From NCBI GenBank assembly GCA_963806225.1, contig CAWDXG010000004.1:384001-448000 (forward strand): a stretch of 64,000 nucleotides of DNA, written 5' to 3'. Shown here in pieces: positions 43,450 through 52,789 of the stretch; the stretch's first letter is position 1, and every line of letters starts with the position of its first letter. The notes beneath the pieces are model-generated. The model saw only the letters and a list, made by a program, of their open reading frames with translations. It had not been told where the DNA came from and ran no database searches. The translations under genes and the position numbers were made by a program. Origin of the DNA: an uncultured delta proteobacterium (GTDB lineage Bacteria; Myxococcota_A; Polyangia; Polyangiales; Polyangiaceae).

Positions 43450-43490
43450 TCCGCCTCGACACGGCCCGTCCGGCGTCCTAGTCGATCCCC

Positions 43491-44450
43491 ATGGGACACC
43501 TCGTCGAAGGCAAGTGGACGAGCGACCGGCCCGCGGTGGATTCGAAGGGCCGCTTCATCCGTGCACAGACGTCATTCCGCGATCGCATCACGGCCGACGG
43601 GTCCAGCGGTTTCCCCGCCGAAGCCGGGCGCTATCACCTGTACGTGGCGCTCGCCTGCCCCTGGGCGCACCGCACGCTCATCACCTGCAGGCTGAAGAAA
43701 CTGGACGGCGCCATCGGCATCAGCACCTGCGAGGCGCTGCTGGGTGAAAATGGCTGGCACTTCAGCGAAGGCACCCCCGACATTCCCGACGGCGCCGACG
43801 GCCCGGGCTACCTCAAGGAGCTCTATGTCCACGCCAGATCCGACTACACCGGCCGCGTCAGCGTGCCGGTGCTGTGGGACAGGAAGCGCCAGACCATCGT
43901 CAACAACGAGTCACGCGAGATCATCCGCATGCTCGACCACGAGCTGGACGCGTTCGGCGACGCCTCGGTCGATCTGTGCCCGGCCGAGCTCGCCGAAGAC
44001 GTCGAGCGCGAGATCGACGCGATGTACGAAAGCGTCAACAACGGCGTCTATCGCGCCGGCTTCGCGCGGACCCAGGAGGCCCACGAGGAGGCCGTGCGCG
44101 AGCTGTTCAACGCGCTCGACCGCTACGAAAGCCGCCTTTCGAAGCAGCGCTACCTGTGCGGCAGCCGCCTGACCGAAGCGGACATCTGCTTGTTCACGAC
44201 ACTGGTGCGCTTCGACCCCGTCTATCACTACCTGTTCAAGTGCAACCTCGGTCGCCTGCGCGACTACGACAACGTCTGGAACTACACGAAGGACGTCTTC
44301 CAGACGCCCGGCATCGGCGAGACGGTCGACCTCGATCACATCAAGCAGCACTACTTCCGCAGCATGGAGTCGATCAACCCGACCCGCATCGTCCCCGCCG
44401 GACCGCTCATCGACTACACCGAGCCCCACGACCGCGCGCGCTTCGGCTGA
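43491..44450 (+). CDS. yqjG: Glutathionyl-hydroquinone reductase (YqjG/ECM4-type GST)
   Basis: GRYHLYVALACPWAHR, SVPVLWD...IVNNES, VNNGVYRAGFA, RFDPVYHYLFKCN, HIKQHYFRS. Confidence 0.92.
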   Translation: MGHLVEGKWTSDRPAVDSKGRFIRAQTSFRDRITADGSSGFPAEAGRYHLYVALACPWAHRTLITCRLKKLDGAIGISTCEALLGENGWHFSEGTPDIPDGADGPGYLKELYVHARSDYTGRVSVPVLWDRKRQTIVNNESREIIRMLDHELDAFGDASVDLCPAELAEDVEREIDAMYESVNNGVYRAGFARTQEAHEEAVRELFNALDRYESRLSKQRYLCGSRLTEADICLFTTLVRFDPVYHYLFKCNLGRLRDYDNVWNYTKDVFQTPGIGETVDLDHIKQHYFRSMESINPTRIVPAGPLIDYTEPHDRARFG

Positions 44451-44623
44451 TCCCCGCGCGCGCACGCCCGTGGGGGGAGGCATGGCCGCAGGGCTGCCCC
44501 CCGCCCTGCGCCGCGCTCGCGCGCGGCGCCACGCTGTCCGGTGCGGCGTGCTCGCTGCCGCTGCGCCGCCGCGGGGCCCCAAGGCCGGCCGCTCCGCGTC
44601 CGCCCGGGCCCCCAATCTCCCAT

Positions 44624-44729
44624 GCGCATTTCCACCTTCCGGGACGCCCCACAGCACCGAAATGCACGCCTCACGCGCATTTCCGCCCTCCGGGACGCCC
44701 GACAGCACCGAAATGCACGCCTCACGCGC
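44624..44729. repeat. 51-bp tandem repeat x2, each unit with an internal inverted repeat
   Basis: Units at 44624-44674 and 44675-44725; each has GCATTTC...GAAATGC. Confidence 0.85.
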
Positions 44730-44817
44730 CCTCGTGCCGGCCGAAACTGTGGCGTCTCGCGCGACGGTTGATCGCTGTCCACGCTCGAGTCGGGCGGGTT
44801 TGGTATGTAGTACGAAC

Positions 44818-45324
44818 GTGGACAAGCCGAGCAGGATCCCCGGCGTGGCGCCCGGACGCGGGCCGCGTGGAGGCGGCGCTCTGCGGCTGTTCAACTTCGA
44901 GCGGCGCTGGCTCGTTTCCGTGTTCGCGGTGGTGATCCCGGCGGGCGTCGACCCGCGCATGCCCTACGGCGCGGAGCAGGCACCGATGAACCGCTTCGTC
45001 GACGATCTCCTGGGCCACGCTCCCCTGCAGTTCGTGATCGGGCTGCGCGCGTGCCTGTGGATGATGATGCTCTCGCCGCTGTTCCTGCTCGGCCGCCTGC
45101 GCACTTTCCTCGGCGTGGAGCCCGCGACGCAGCTCGCACTGCTCGACCGCTTCCGCACGAGCAGCATCTACCTCGTGCGCGAGACGCCGCTCCTGTTCAA
45201 GACGGTGGGTTGCCTCGGCTTCTGCGGGCTGCCGCCGGTGCAGCGCGAGCTCGGCATCCATCCGACAGACGCGACGCCGCCGGAGTGGGCGCGCGCCCTG
45301 CCAGCGGCGAAGGACGAGTCATGA
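44818..45324 (+). CDS. Hypothetical protein, probable small partner subunit of the GMC oxidoreductase (start uncertain)
   Basis: ATGA-coupled to the GMC gene; helical sequence ending ...LLFKTVGCLGFCGLPPVQRELG. Confidence 0.6.
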   Translation: MDKPSRIPGVAPGRGPRGGGALRLFNFERRWLVSVFAVVIPAGVDPRMPYGAEQAPMNRFVDDLLGHAPLQFVIGLRACLWMMMLSPLFLLGRLRTFLGVEPATQLALLDRFRTSSIYLVRETPLLFKTVGCLGFCGLPPVQRELGIHPTDATPPEWARALPAAKDES

Positions 45325-46865
45325 GCGGCGCGCGGCTCTCGCTCCGCGATGTCTACGGGCGGCGCCTGGTCGAAGACATCGCCAACGTCGTCATCATCGG
45401 CAGCGGCGCCTCGGGTGCGACCGCTGCGCGCGTGCTGACGGAAGCGGGCCTGGAAGTCGTGATGCTCGAGGAAGGGCCGCACGTACCGACAGAGGAACTC
45501 CGCGGCGACATGTACACCGCGTTCAAACGCGTGTGGCGCGACATGGGCCTGCAGGTGGCGGGTGGGCGCGCCTTCACGCCAATCCTGCAGGGCCGCTGCG
45601 TCGGCGGCACCACGGCCGTGAACGGCGCGATCATCCACCGCATTCCCGAGCCGATCCACGCGATCTGGCAGCGCGAACACGGCGTCGGCGCGCCCTTCGG
45701 CTACGGCGACCTCGAGCGCGTCTACGATCAGCTCGACCGCGAGCTCTCGGTGGATCGCGCTCCGGAAGCCGTGCTCGGCGAGAACGCCAAGCTCATGCGG
45801 CAGGGCATTGCCGCGCTCGGCTGGACGGGCAACGAGATCCGCCGAAACGTGAGTGACTGCCAGGGCTCGGCGCACTGCAACCAGGGCTGCCCCACGGCGC
45901 GCCGGCAGAGCATGAACAACTCGTACGTGCCGCGCGCCGTCGAAGCGGGTGCGCGGCTGTACGCAACGTGCAGAGCCGAGCGGTTCATCGTGGAGGGCGG
46001 GCGCGCCGTGGGCGTGACAGGCCGCTTCGTCGATCCGCTGACCGGCGAGCGCGGTCCGCGGCTCCGTGTGCGGGCGCGCCACGCCGTCGTGGTCGCCGCG
46101 AGCGCCATCCAGACGCCGCTCCTGCTTTCGGACAACGGCATCGGACGCTCGTCGGGCCTGGTCGGACAGCGCCTGCAGGCGCATCCAGGCACGGGCATCG
46201 TCGGCATCTTCGACAAGCCCGTCGAGATCTGGTTCGGCGCGACGCAGGGCTACGAGTCGACGCATTTCTGGGACGAGTACATGAAGTTCGAGACGGTAAG
46301 CATGCCGCTCGAATTCGCGGCGGCGCGCTTTCCCGGCGTGGGTCCCGAACTGATGCGCGAAATCGGCGACTATGGCCACGTCGCGATCTGGGGCGTGCAG
46401 GTGCGCGCGCAGGCGCAGGGCCGCGTGAGACGCCCGCTCTTCGGCGGTACCCGCATCGACTACGACATGACCGACCAGGACATCCGCGTGCTCAAGCTCG
46501 GCGTGAAGCGGCTGGTCGAGATGATGTTCGCGGCCGGCGCGCGCGAGGTGCTGCCCGGCGTGCACGGCCTGCCCGATCGCATCAGCTCGGTCGACCCGAT
46601 CGAACGCATCTTCGATCTGCCCGACGACCCGCGCTACTTCCACTGCATAGCGGCGCACCTGTTCGGCACGGCAAAGATGGGGCTCGGCGCCTCCAGCAGC
46701 GTGGTCGGCCCCGAGCTCGAGGCGCACGACCTCCGCGGCCTGTACGTCTTCGACTCGTCTGTCTTTCCCACCAACATGGGCGTCAACCCGCAGCATACGA
46801 TCTGCGCCATGGCATGGCTGGCGTCCGAACGCCTCGCCGATCGCCTCGCCGATCGCCTCGCTTGA
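45321..46865 (+). CDS. GMC family oxidoreductase
   Basis: VVIIGSGASG, GRCVGGTTAVNG, CQGSAHCNQGCP, AHLFGTAKMG, FPTNMGVNPQHTI. Confidence 0.92.
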   Translation: MSGARLSLRDVYGRRLVEDIANVVIIGSGASGATAARVLTEAGLEVVMLEEGPHVPTEELRGDMYTAFKRVWRDMGLQVAGGRAFTPILQGRCVGGTTAVNGAIIHRIPEPIHAIWQREHGVGAPFGYGDLERVYDQLDRELSVDRAPEAVLGENAKLMRQGIAALGWTGNEIRRNVSDCQGSAHCNQGCPTARRQSMNNSYVPRAVEAGARLYATCRAERFIVEGGRAVGVTGRFVDPLTGERGPRLRVRARHAVVVAASAIQTPLLLSDNGIGRSSGLVGQRLQAHPGTGIVGIFDKPVEIWFGATQGYESTHFWDEYMKFETVSMPLEFAAARFPGVGPELMREIGDYGHVAIWGVQVRAQAQGRVRRPLFGGTRIDYDMTDQDIRVLKLGVKRLVEMMFAAGAREVLPGVHGLPDRISSVDPIERIFDLPDDPRYFHCIAAHLFGTAKMGLGASSSVVGPELEAHDLRGLYVFDSSVFPTNMGVNPQHTICAMAWLASERLADRLADRLA

Positions 46866-46873
46866 CGTTGCTG

Positions 46874-46957
46874 GCTCGGCCCGCTGGAGGGGGAAAGTCG
46901 GGTAGGCCCGGGCGTTGCCGCCGGGGCCTACCCGACTTCACCCCCCCGAAGCCGAGC
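46874..46957. terminator. Long hairpin between convergent genes (bidirectional terminator or REP-like)
   Basis: Perfect 15-bp stem aagtcgggtaggccc (46895-46909) / gggcctacccgactt (46924-46938), with outer gctcggc/gccgagc. Confidence 0.7.
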
Positions 46958-46966
46958 AGGCGAGAA

Positions 46967-48191
46967 CTACGGGAAGCTCTTGAACAGGTCCGAGAGGTCC
47001 TGGGTGCCGGCGTTGCCCGCCGCGCGCAGCAGCGGCTTGACGTTGAAGATCTCCTGCATGGTCTTCAGCGTGGAGCTGTGATCGTAGGCGGTGTTGTTGG
47101 TGTAGCCGCCGGCCTTGGACTCGGGCGAGAGCACCATCATGCCGATCGGGCAATTTCCCAGAACGCAGCAGGCCGAACCACCTGTGATGCTGCTCTCGGC
47201 CTCGTCCCAGGTGATGAAGATGGCGCCGCCATCCTTGTAGACCTGCGAGCCGGTGATCTTCGGAATCCACTTCGCGAGCCAGTTGTCGCCCTGCTTGACC
47301 TCGTTGTTCTCGGGCGCGCACTTCGAGTGCATGTCGTGGCACTGGTTCGGCGTCACCAGGTTGTACTGGGCGACGGTGTTGTTCTTGAGGTCCGCGTCGA
47401 GCTCGGTCAGCGGCCGGTCGTGCGTGATGCAGTATTGCGAGTTCGGGTCGTTGGTGTTCGTCACATCGTCGAAGAAGACCATCGGGTCGTGCTTCGGCTT
47501 GTAGTTGCCGACACTGGTCAGCGGGCAGACCTTGCCGCTGATGTCCTCCTGGTACGCCCGCCAGGTGACGCCCGCCTTCTTCATGTAGCTGACGAGGTGG
47601 TCGGTCGTGCTCTGGTGGTTGCTGGACGGATCGTTGTCGTTGCTGATGCCGAGGTTGTTGCCGGCCTCCAGCCAGATGTAGTTGGGCTCGCTGGGATGCA
47701 GGTTGCCGCCGTTTGGCCCCTTGTAGTTGGTCGCCGATGCGGCCTGCGGCAGGATGCGTCTTGTTGATGTAGGGCGCGTCCGCGCTGCCGTGGACCTCGC
47801 ACCAAGCCTTGTTCTCCATGATGATGAGGAACACGGTCTTGATGGCGTGGGCGCCGCTCGCTCCGCCTGTACCGCCCGTGCCGCCGGTCGCCGTGCCGCC
47901 CGTGCCGCCGGTCGCCGTGCCGCCCGTGCCGCCGATCGCCGTGCCGCCCGTGCCGCCGATCGCCGTGCCACCCGTGCCGCCGGTCGCCGTGCCGCCCGTG
48001 CCGCCGGTCGCCGTGCCGCCCGTGCCGCCGGTCGCCGTGCCGCCGCTGCCGCCCGTGGACGAGCCGCTGCTGCCGCCCGAGGCGCCCGCATCCGTGCCGC
48101 CGCTGCCGCCGCTCGAGCTCGAGCTCGAGCCGCAGCCCCCAGCCAGGGCCAGGGCCATTCCGCCCACAAGCATCACCAACGAAGCACGCAT
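46967..48191 (-). CDS. Phosphoesterase (alkaline phosphatase superfamily) lipoprotein with Gly/Thr linker; frameshift near 47760
   Basis: AGGC lipobox; VFLIIMENK, HPSEPNYIWLEAG, YKPKHDP, PNQCHDMH, FITWDE, YDHSSTLKT. Confidence 0.85.
47872..48045 (-). repeat. 24-bp coding tandem repeat, (GGTA[T/I]GGT) x about 7
   Basis: Repeated gccgcccgtgccgccg(g/a)tcgccgt units in the linker. Confidence 0.85.
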
Positions 48192-48353
48192 CTGCTGTTC
48201 CTTCCAACGGCATTGAAGCCCTCGGCTCCAGCTGGAATGGCGTGGAGCTGCGATTGGCGACCGTCGAGCCGAGCATAGCCTCGAAACGGATTGACGTCGA
48301 TCAGGCGATGCCGTCTGCCCGGGCGCCGCCCTCCGTGCTATCACGCAGCCGCC

Positions 48354-49669
48354 GTGACCGAGCGCGCTGATCTCCTGATCTTCCGGAACATCCGCAGCTT
48401 CGATCCCGCGCAGGGGCTCGACCAGACGGGCGACGTGGTCGTCGAGTCCGGCCGTATCACCCGCCTGGGCCCGGACGCAGCCGGCGATCTCGCGAGGGCG
48501 TCGGGCGCGCGGGTCATCGACGGCAAGGGGCGCTGGCTCCTGCCGGCGTTCGTGGATCTGCATGCGCACCTGCGCGAGCCGGGGCAGGAGTACAAGGAGG
48601 ACATCGCCTCCGGTCTGGCTGCCGCGGCGGCCGGCGGCTACGCGCACGTGTGCGTGATGCCCAACACCAAGCCGGTGAACGACACGCGCGCCGTCACCGA
48701 GATGATGCTGCGCCGCGCGGCCGAGGTCGGCGGAACACGCCTGCACCCAATCGGCGCCATCACGCTGGGCCAGAAGGGCCAGGAGCTGACCGAGATGGCC
48801 GAACTGCGCGAAGCCGGCGCGGTCGCGGTCAGCGACGACGGCGTGTGCGTGATGTCGAGCGCCGTGATGCGCCGCGCGCTCGAGTACGCGAAGAACTTCG
48901 ACATGCCCGTGATCCAGCACGCCGAGGATCACGAGCTGACGGCGAACGCCGAGATGAACGAGGGCGCCGTGTCCACGCGGCTCGGGCTCAGCGGCTGGCC
49001 GCGCGTCGCCGAGGACATCATCATCGCGCGCGACGTGCTGCTCGCCGAATACGTGAGCGCGCGCTACCACGCCGCGCACATCTCCACGCGCGGCGCGGTG
49101 CGCATCCTGCGCGAGGCCAAGAGCCGCGGGCTCCAGGTCACCTGCGAGGTCACGCCGCATCACCTGCTGCTGACGGACGCGGCGGTGATCGGCTACGACA
49201 CGGCCTGCAAGGTCAACCCGCCGCTTGCGCGAGGAAGAAGACGTGGCGGCGCTGCGCGAGGCGCTCGCCGACGGCACCATCGACGCCATCGCCACCGATC
49301 ACGCACCGCACTCGCCGCTGGAAAAGGACTGCGAGTTCCCGGAAGCGTCGCCGGGCCTGATGGGGCTCGAGCTGTGTTTCGGGCTTCTGTTAGAAGCCGT
49401 AGGACAGGGCCCTGGGCTCGAACGTCTGGTCGATGCGCTGTCCACGCGCCCGGCGCGGATCGCGGGCATCGAGCCCCCTGCCCTGCGCGAGGGCGCGCTC
49501 GCCGAGCTCGTGCTCGTCGACCCCGAAGCGCGCTGGGTGCCGGCGAAGACGCCGCTCCAGTCGAAGAGCCGCAACACGCCGTTCCTCGAGCACGAGCTCG
49601 AGGGTCGCGTATTGATGACGCTCGTCGGCGGCGACATCGTCTTCGAAGCCCCCGAGGTGGGCGGCGTGA
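48354..49669 (+). CDS. pyrC: Dihydroorotase; frameshift near 49225
   Basis: DLHAHLREPG, MPNTKP, HISTRG, CEVTPHHL, KVNPPL, IATDHAPH, SKSRNTPF. Confidence 0.9.
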
Positions 49670-50831
49670 GCGCGCCGGAGAAAGCCTACCTCGCCCTGGC
49701 CGACGGCACGCTATTCGAGGGCGAAGCCTGGGGCGCCGAGGGCAGCACCAGCGGCGAGGTCGTGTTCACGACCGGCATGACCGGCTACCAGGAAGTGCTG
49801 ACCGATCCGTCCTACACCGGGCAGATCGTCACCATGACGGCGCCGCATATCGGCAACACCGGCATCAACGCCGAGCGATCCGGAAAGCGTCGACGGCAAG
49901 CCGCGCGTGGCCGGCTTCGTGGTACGCGCGCTGAGTCCCGCGCCGTCCAGCTGGCGCTCCGAGCAGAGCCTGGACGACTACCTGGCAGAGCACGGCATCG
50001 TGGCCATCACCGGCGTGGACACGCGCCGGCTCACGCGCCTCATCCGCGACCGCGGCGCACAGAACGGCTGCATCGGCACGGAAGATCCGGACACGCTGGT
50101 CGACCGCGCCAAGGCCGCACCGAAGATGGAAGGGCTCGACCTCGTCTCGCGCGTCACGCCGGAGAAGCGCTACGAGTTCACCGAGAGCCGCGGCGCGTGG
50201 CAGGTGCCGTTCGATCCCGAGGAGCTGGTCGCCCCCGGCACGCACCCCGTCGAGGAGCGCCGCGAGCCTGCACGTCGTGGCCATGGACTTCGGCGCCAAG
50301 CGCAACATCCTGCGCTGCCTGGTCGACGCGGGCTGCCGCGTCACGGCGGTGCCGGCGACGCACCAGCGCCGAGGACATCCTCGCGCTGTCGCCCGACGGC
50401 GTGTTCCTGTCGAACGGCCCGGGCGATCCGGCCGCCGTGGGCTACGCCGTCGACACGCATCAAGGCGCTGCTCGGCAAAGAAGCCCATTTTCGGCATCTG
50501 CCTCGGCCACCAGCTGCTTGGCCCGCGCGCTCGGCGCGAGCACCTACAAGCTGAAGTTCGGCCACCGCGGGCTGAACCAGCCGGTCAAGGATCTGACAAC
50601 GGGCCGCGTGGAGATCACGACGCAGAACCACGGCTTCGTCGTGGACGTGGATTCAATCGGCGACCGCGCGAAGACCACGCACCTGCACCTGAACGACGGC
50701 ACCAGCGAGGGCCTCGACGGCGCCCGATGCGCTAGCCTTCAGCGTGCAGTACCACCCTGAAGCCGCCGCCGGCCCGCACGACGCCCTGTATCTGTTCGAG
50801 CGCTTCCGCGAGGCGATGGAGCGCGCGCTAG
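49666..50831 (+). CDS. carA: Carbamoyl-phosphate synthase small subunit; multiple frameshifts
   Basis: [74 protein letters not shown] across frames. Confidence 0.9.
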
Positions 50832-50860
50832 CCAGCCCGCCCGCCGAAGCGACCTCCCCG

Positions 50861-52268
50861 CACCATCCACTTCGTCAGCCTCGGCTGCCCGAAGAACCGC
50901 GTCGACAGCGAGGTGATGCTCGGCGTAGCCGAGCGCGCCGGCTACCGGCACGTGGGCGACGCCGAGCGAGGCCGAGGTCATCGTGGTCAACACCTGCGGC
51001 TTCATCGACGCGGCCAAGAAGGAATCCATCGACACCATCCTGGAGCTGGCCGAGCACAAGCAGAGCGGCCGCTGCGAAAAGCTCGTGGTCGCGGGCTGCT
51101 TGAGCCAGCGCTACCCGGAAGAGCTGTCCGAGGGCATGCCCGAGGTCGATCACTTCCTCGGCTCGAGCGACATGCTCAAGCTCGAGGGCGTGCTGGGCGG
51201 CCGCGCCGAGCGCGTGCTGGTCGGCAACCCCGCCGACTGGGTCGTCGGCGCCGCCGATCCGCGGCGGCTCAGCACGCGCGGCGCCAGCGCCTACGTCAAG
51301 CTCGCCGAGGGCTGCAACCGCAGCTGCTCTTTCTGCGTCATCCCGGAGCTGCGCGGCAAGCAGCGCTCGCGCACGCCGTCCGACATCGTCGACGAGGTGC
51401 GCCGTCTCGCCGACGCCGGCGTGCTCGAGGTGAACCTCGTCTCGCAGGACACCGTCGCCTACGGCCGCGATCTGGCGGACGGCTCCGGCCTCGCCGACAC
51501 CGTCGCGCGCATCGCCGACGTGCCCGGCCTCCGCTGGGTGCGCCTCCACTACCTGTATCCGGAAAAGCTCGACGACGCGCTGATCGATCTGCTCGCCGAG
51601 CACCCGCGCGTCGTGCCCTACGTCGACATGCCGCTACAGCACGCCGCCGACGCGATGCTGCGCCGCATGCACCGCGGTCACGGCGGCGCGCGCCTGCGCG
51701 AGCTGGTCGAACGGCTGCGGGCGCGCGTACCCGGGCTCGTGTTCCGGACGGCGTTCATCGTCGGACACCCCGGCGAGACGGACGCCGAGTTCGACGAGCT
51801 GTGCGAGTTCGTAGAGTGGGCCCAGTTCGATCGCGTCGGCGTGTTCCGCTACAGCGACGAGCCGAGCGCACACAGCTTCGAGCTCGACGGCAAGGTCGCC
51901 GAAGCAAGACCAGCGCCGCCCGCGCCCGCAAGCTGGTGAGCCTGCAGCGGAAGATCAGCAAGCGGAAGAACCGCGCCCTGGTCGGCACGGAGCTCGACGT
52001 GCTGGTGGAGGGCCCGAGCGAAGAGAGCGAGCTCGTCATGGTCGGCCGCCACGCCGGTCAGGCGCCGGACATCGACGGCAACGTGTTCCTGTCCGGCGGC
52101 CCGGTGCTGCCCGGCCAGATGCGCCGCGTCCGCATCACGCAGGCCAGCGACTACGACCTCGTCGGCGAGGTCCTCGACGAGCTCGACGAAGCGCCGCACG
52201 CCCCCGCCAGCGCCCAGCTCGTGCACCGCCAGAGCGACGGGCGGCGCGTGCTGCGCACGGTCACCTGA
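50861..52268 (+). CDS. rimO: Ribosomal protein S12 methylthiotransferase; frameshifts near 50970 and 51900; start uncertain
   Basis: [65 protein letters not shown] (TRAM). Confidence 0.9.
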
Positions 52269-52283
52269 CCGCCACGCGCCTGT

Positions 52284-52619
52284 CTATTGCGTCGGGATCC
52301 GGAACTCGATGCTCGGACTCTGGTCCTTGCCGGACACGTACCAGAGCTCGAGCTGGTCGCCGCCCTGGGCGGGCAGCGTGACATCGTAGGCCCCGTCGCC
52401 GCCGGTGATCTGGCCGTAGATGTCGGTGCTGGCGTAGTTGCGGACGTAGACCTCGGAGTTGGGCTGCACGCTGCCAGTCAGCTCGACGTTTCCGCTGCTG
52501 TCGGGCCCCGCGATGGTCGGCTTGCTAGGCGGCGGCAGCGGCAGCGTGGGAGCCAGGCACCCGCCGACGAGCAGTGCGACGGCTGCCAGGAGCAGCACGC
52601 GGCGGGTAGTCCGGGCCAT
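52284..52619 (-). CDS. Small lipoprotein, probably beta-sandwich fold
   Basis: VGGC lipobox followed by PTLPLPPP and a beta-strand-rich domain. Confidence 0.75.
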   Translation of the reverse strand: MARTTRRVLLLAAVALLVGGCLAPTLPLPPPSKPTIAGPDSSGNVELTGSVQPNSEVYVRNYASTDIYGQITGGDGAYDVTLPAQGGDQLELWYVSGKDQSPSIEFRIPTQ

Positions 52620-52789
52620 CGGTGAAAGGCTAGCACGAGGCGTGCCGGTGCCTGACCCGGCCGGATCCGGGGGAAGAGCCGACCCCGGCGCCCAACCCAG
52701 TTGGTGGTCTTGCCAACGCGGTTGACGACCCGACCGGCTTTCCCTGCCCCCGGGAAGGTGCTAACCGCCGGCACGCGTTCAGGTTCCAG

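Noticed and set aside
44624..44729. CRISPR interpretation of the 51-bp and 42-bp (2920-3010) repeats
   Set aside because: Head-to-tail duplications without unique spacers.
48354..52268. Programmed frameshifting or true pseudogenes in pyrC/carA/rimO
   Set aside because: Too many shifts, no consistent slippery sites, and intact catalytic motifs; assembly error is more parsimonious.
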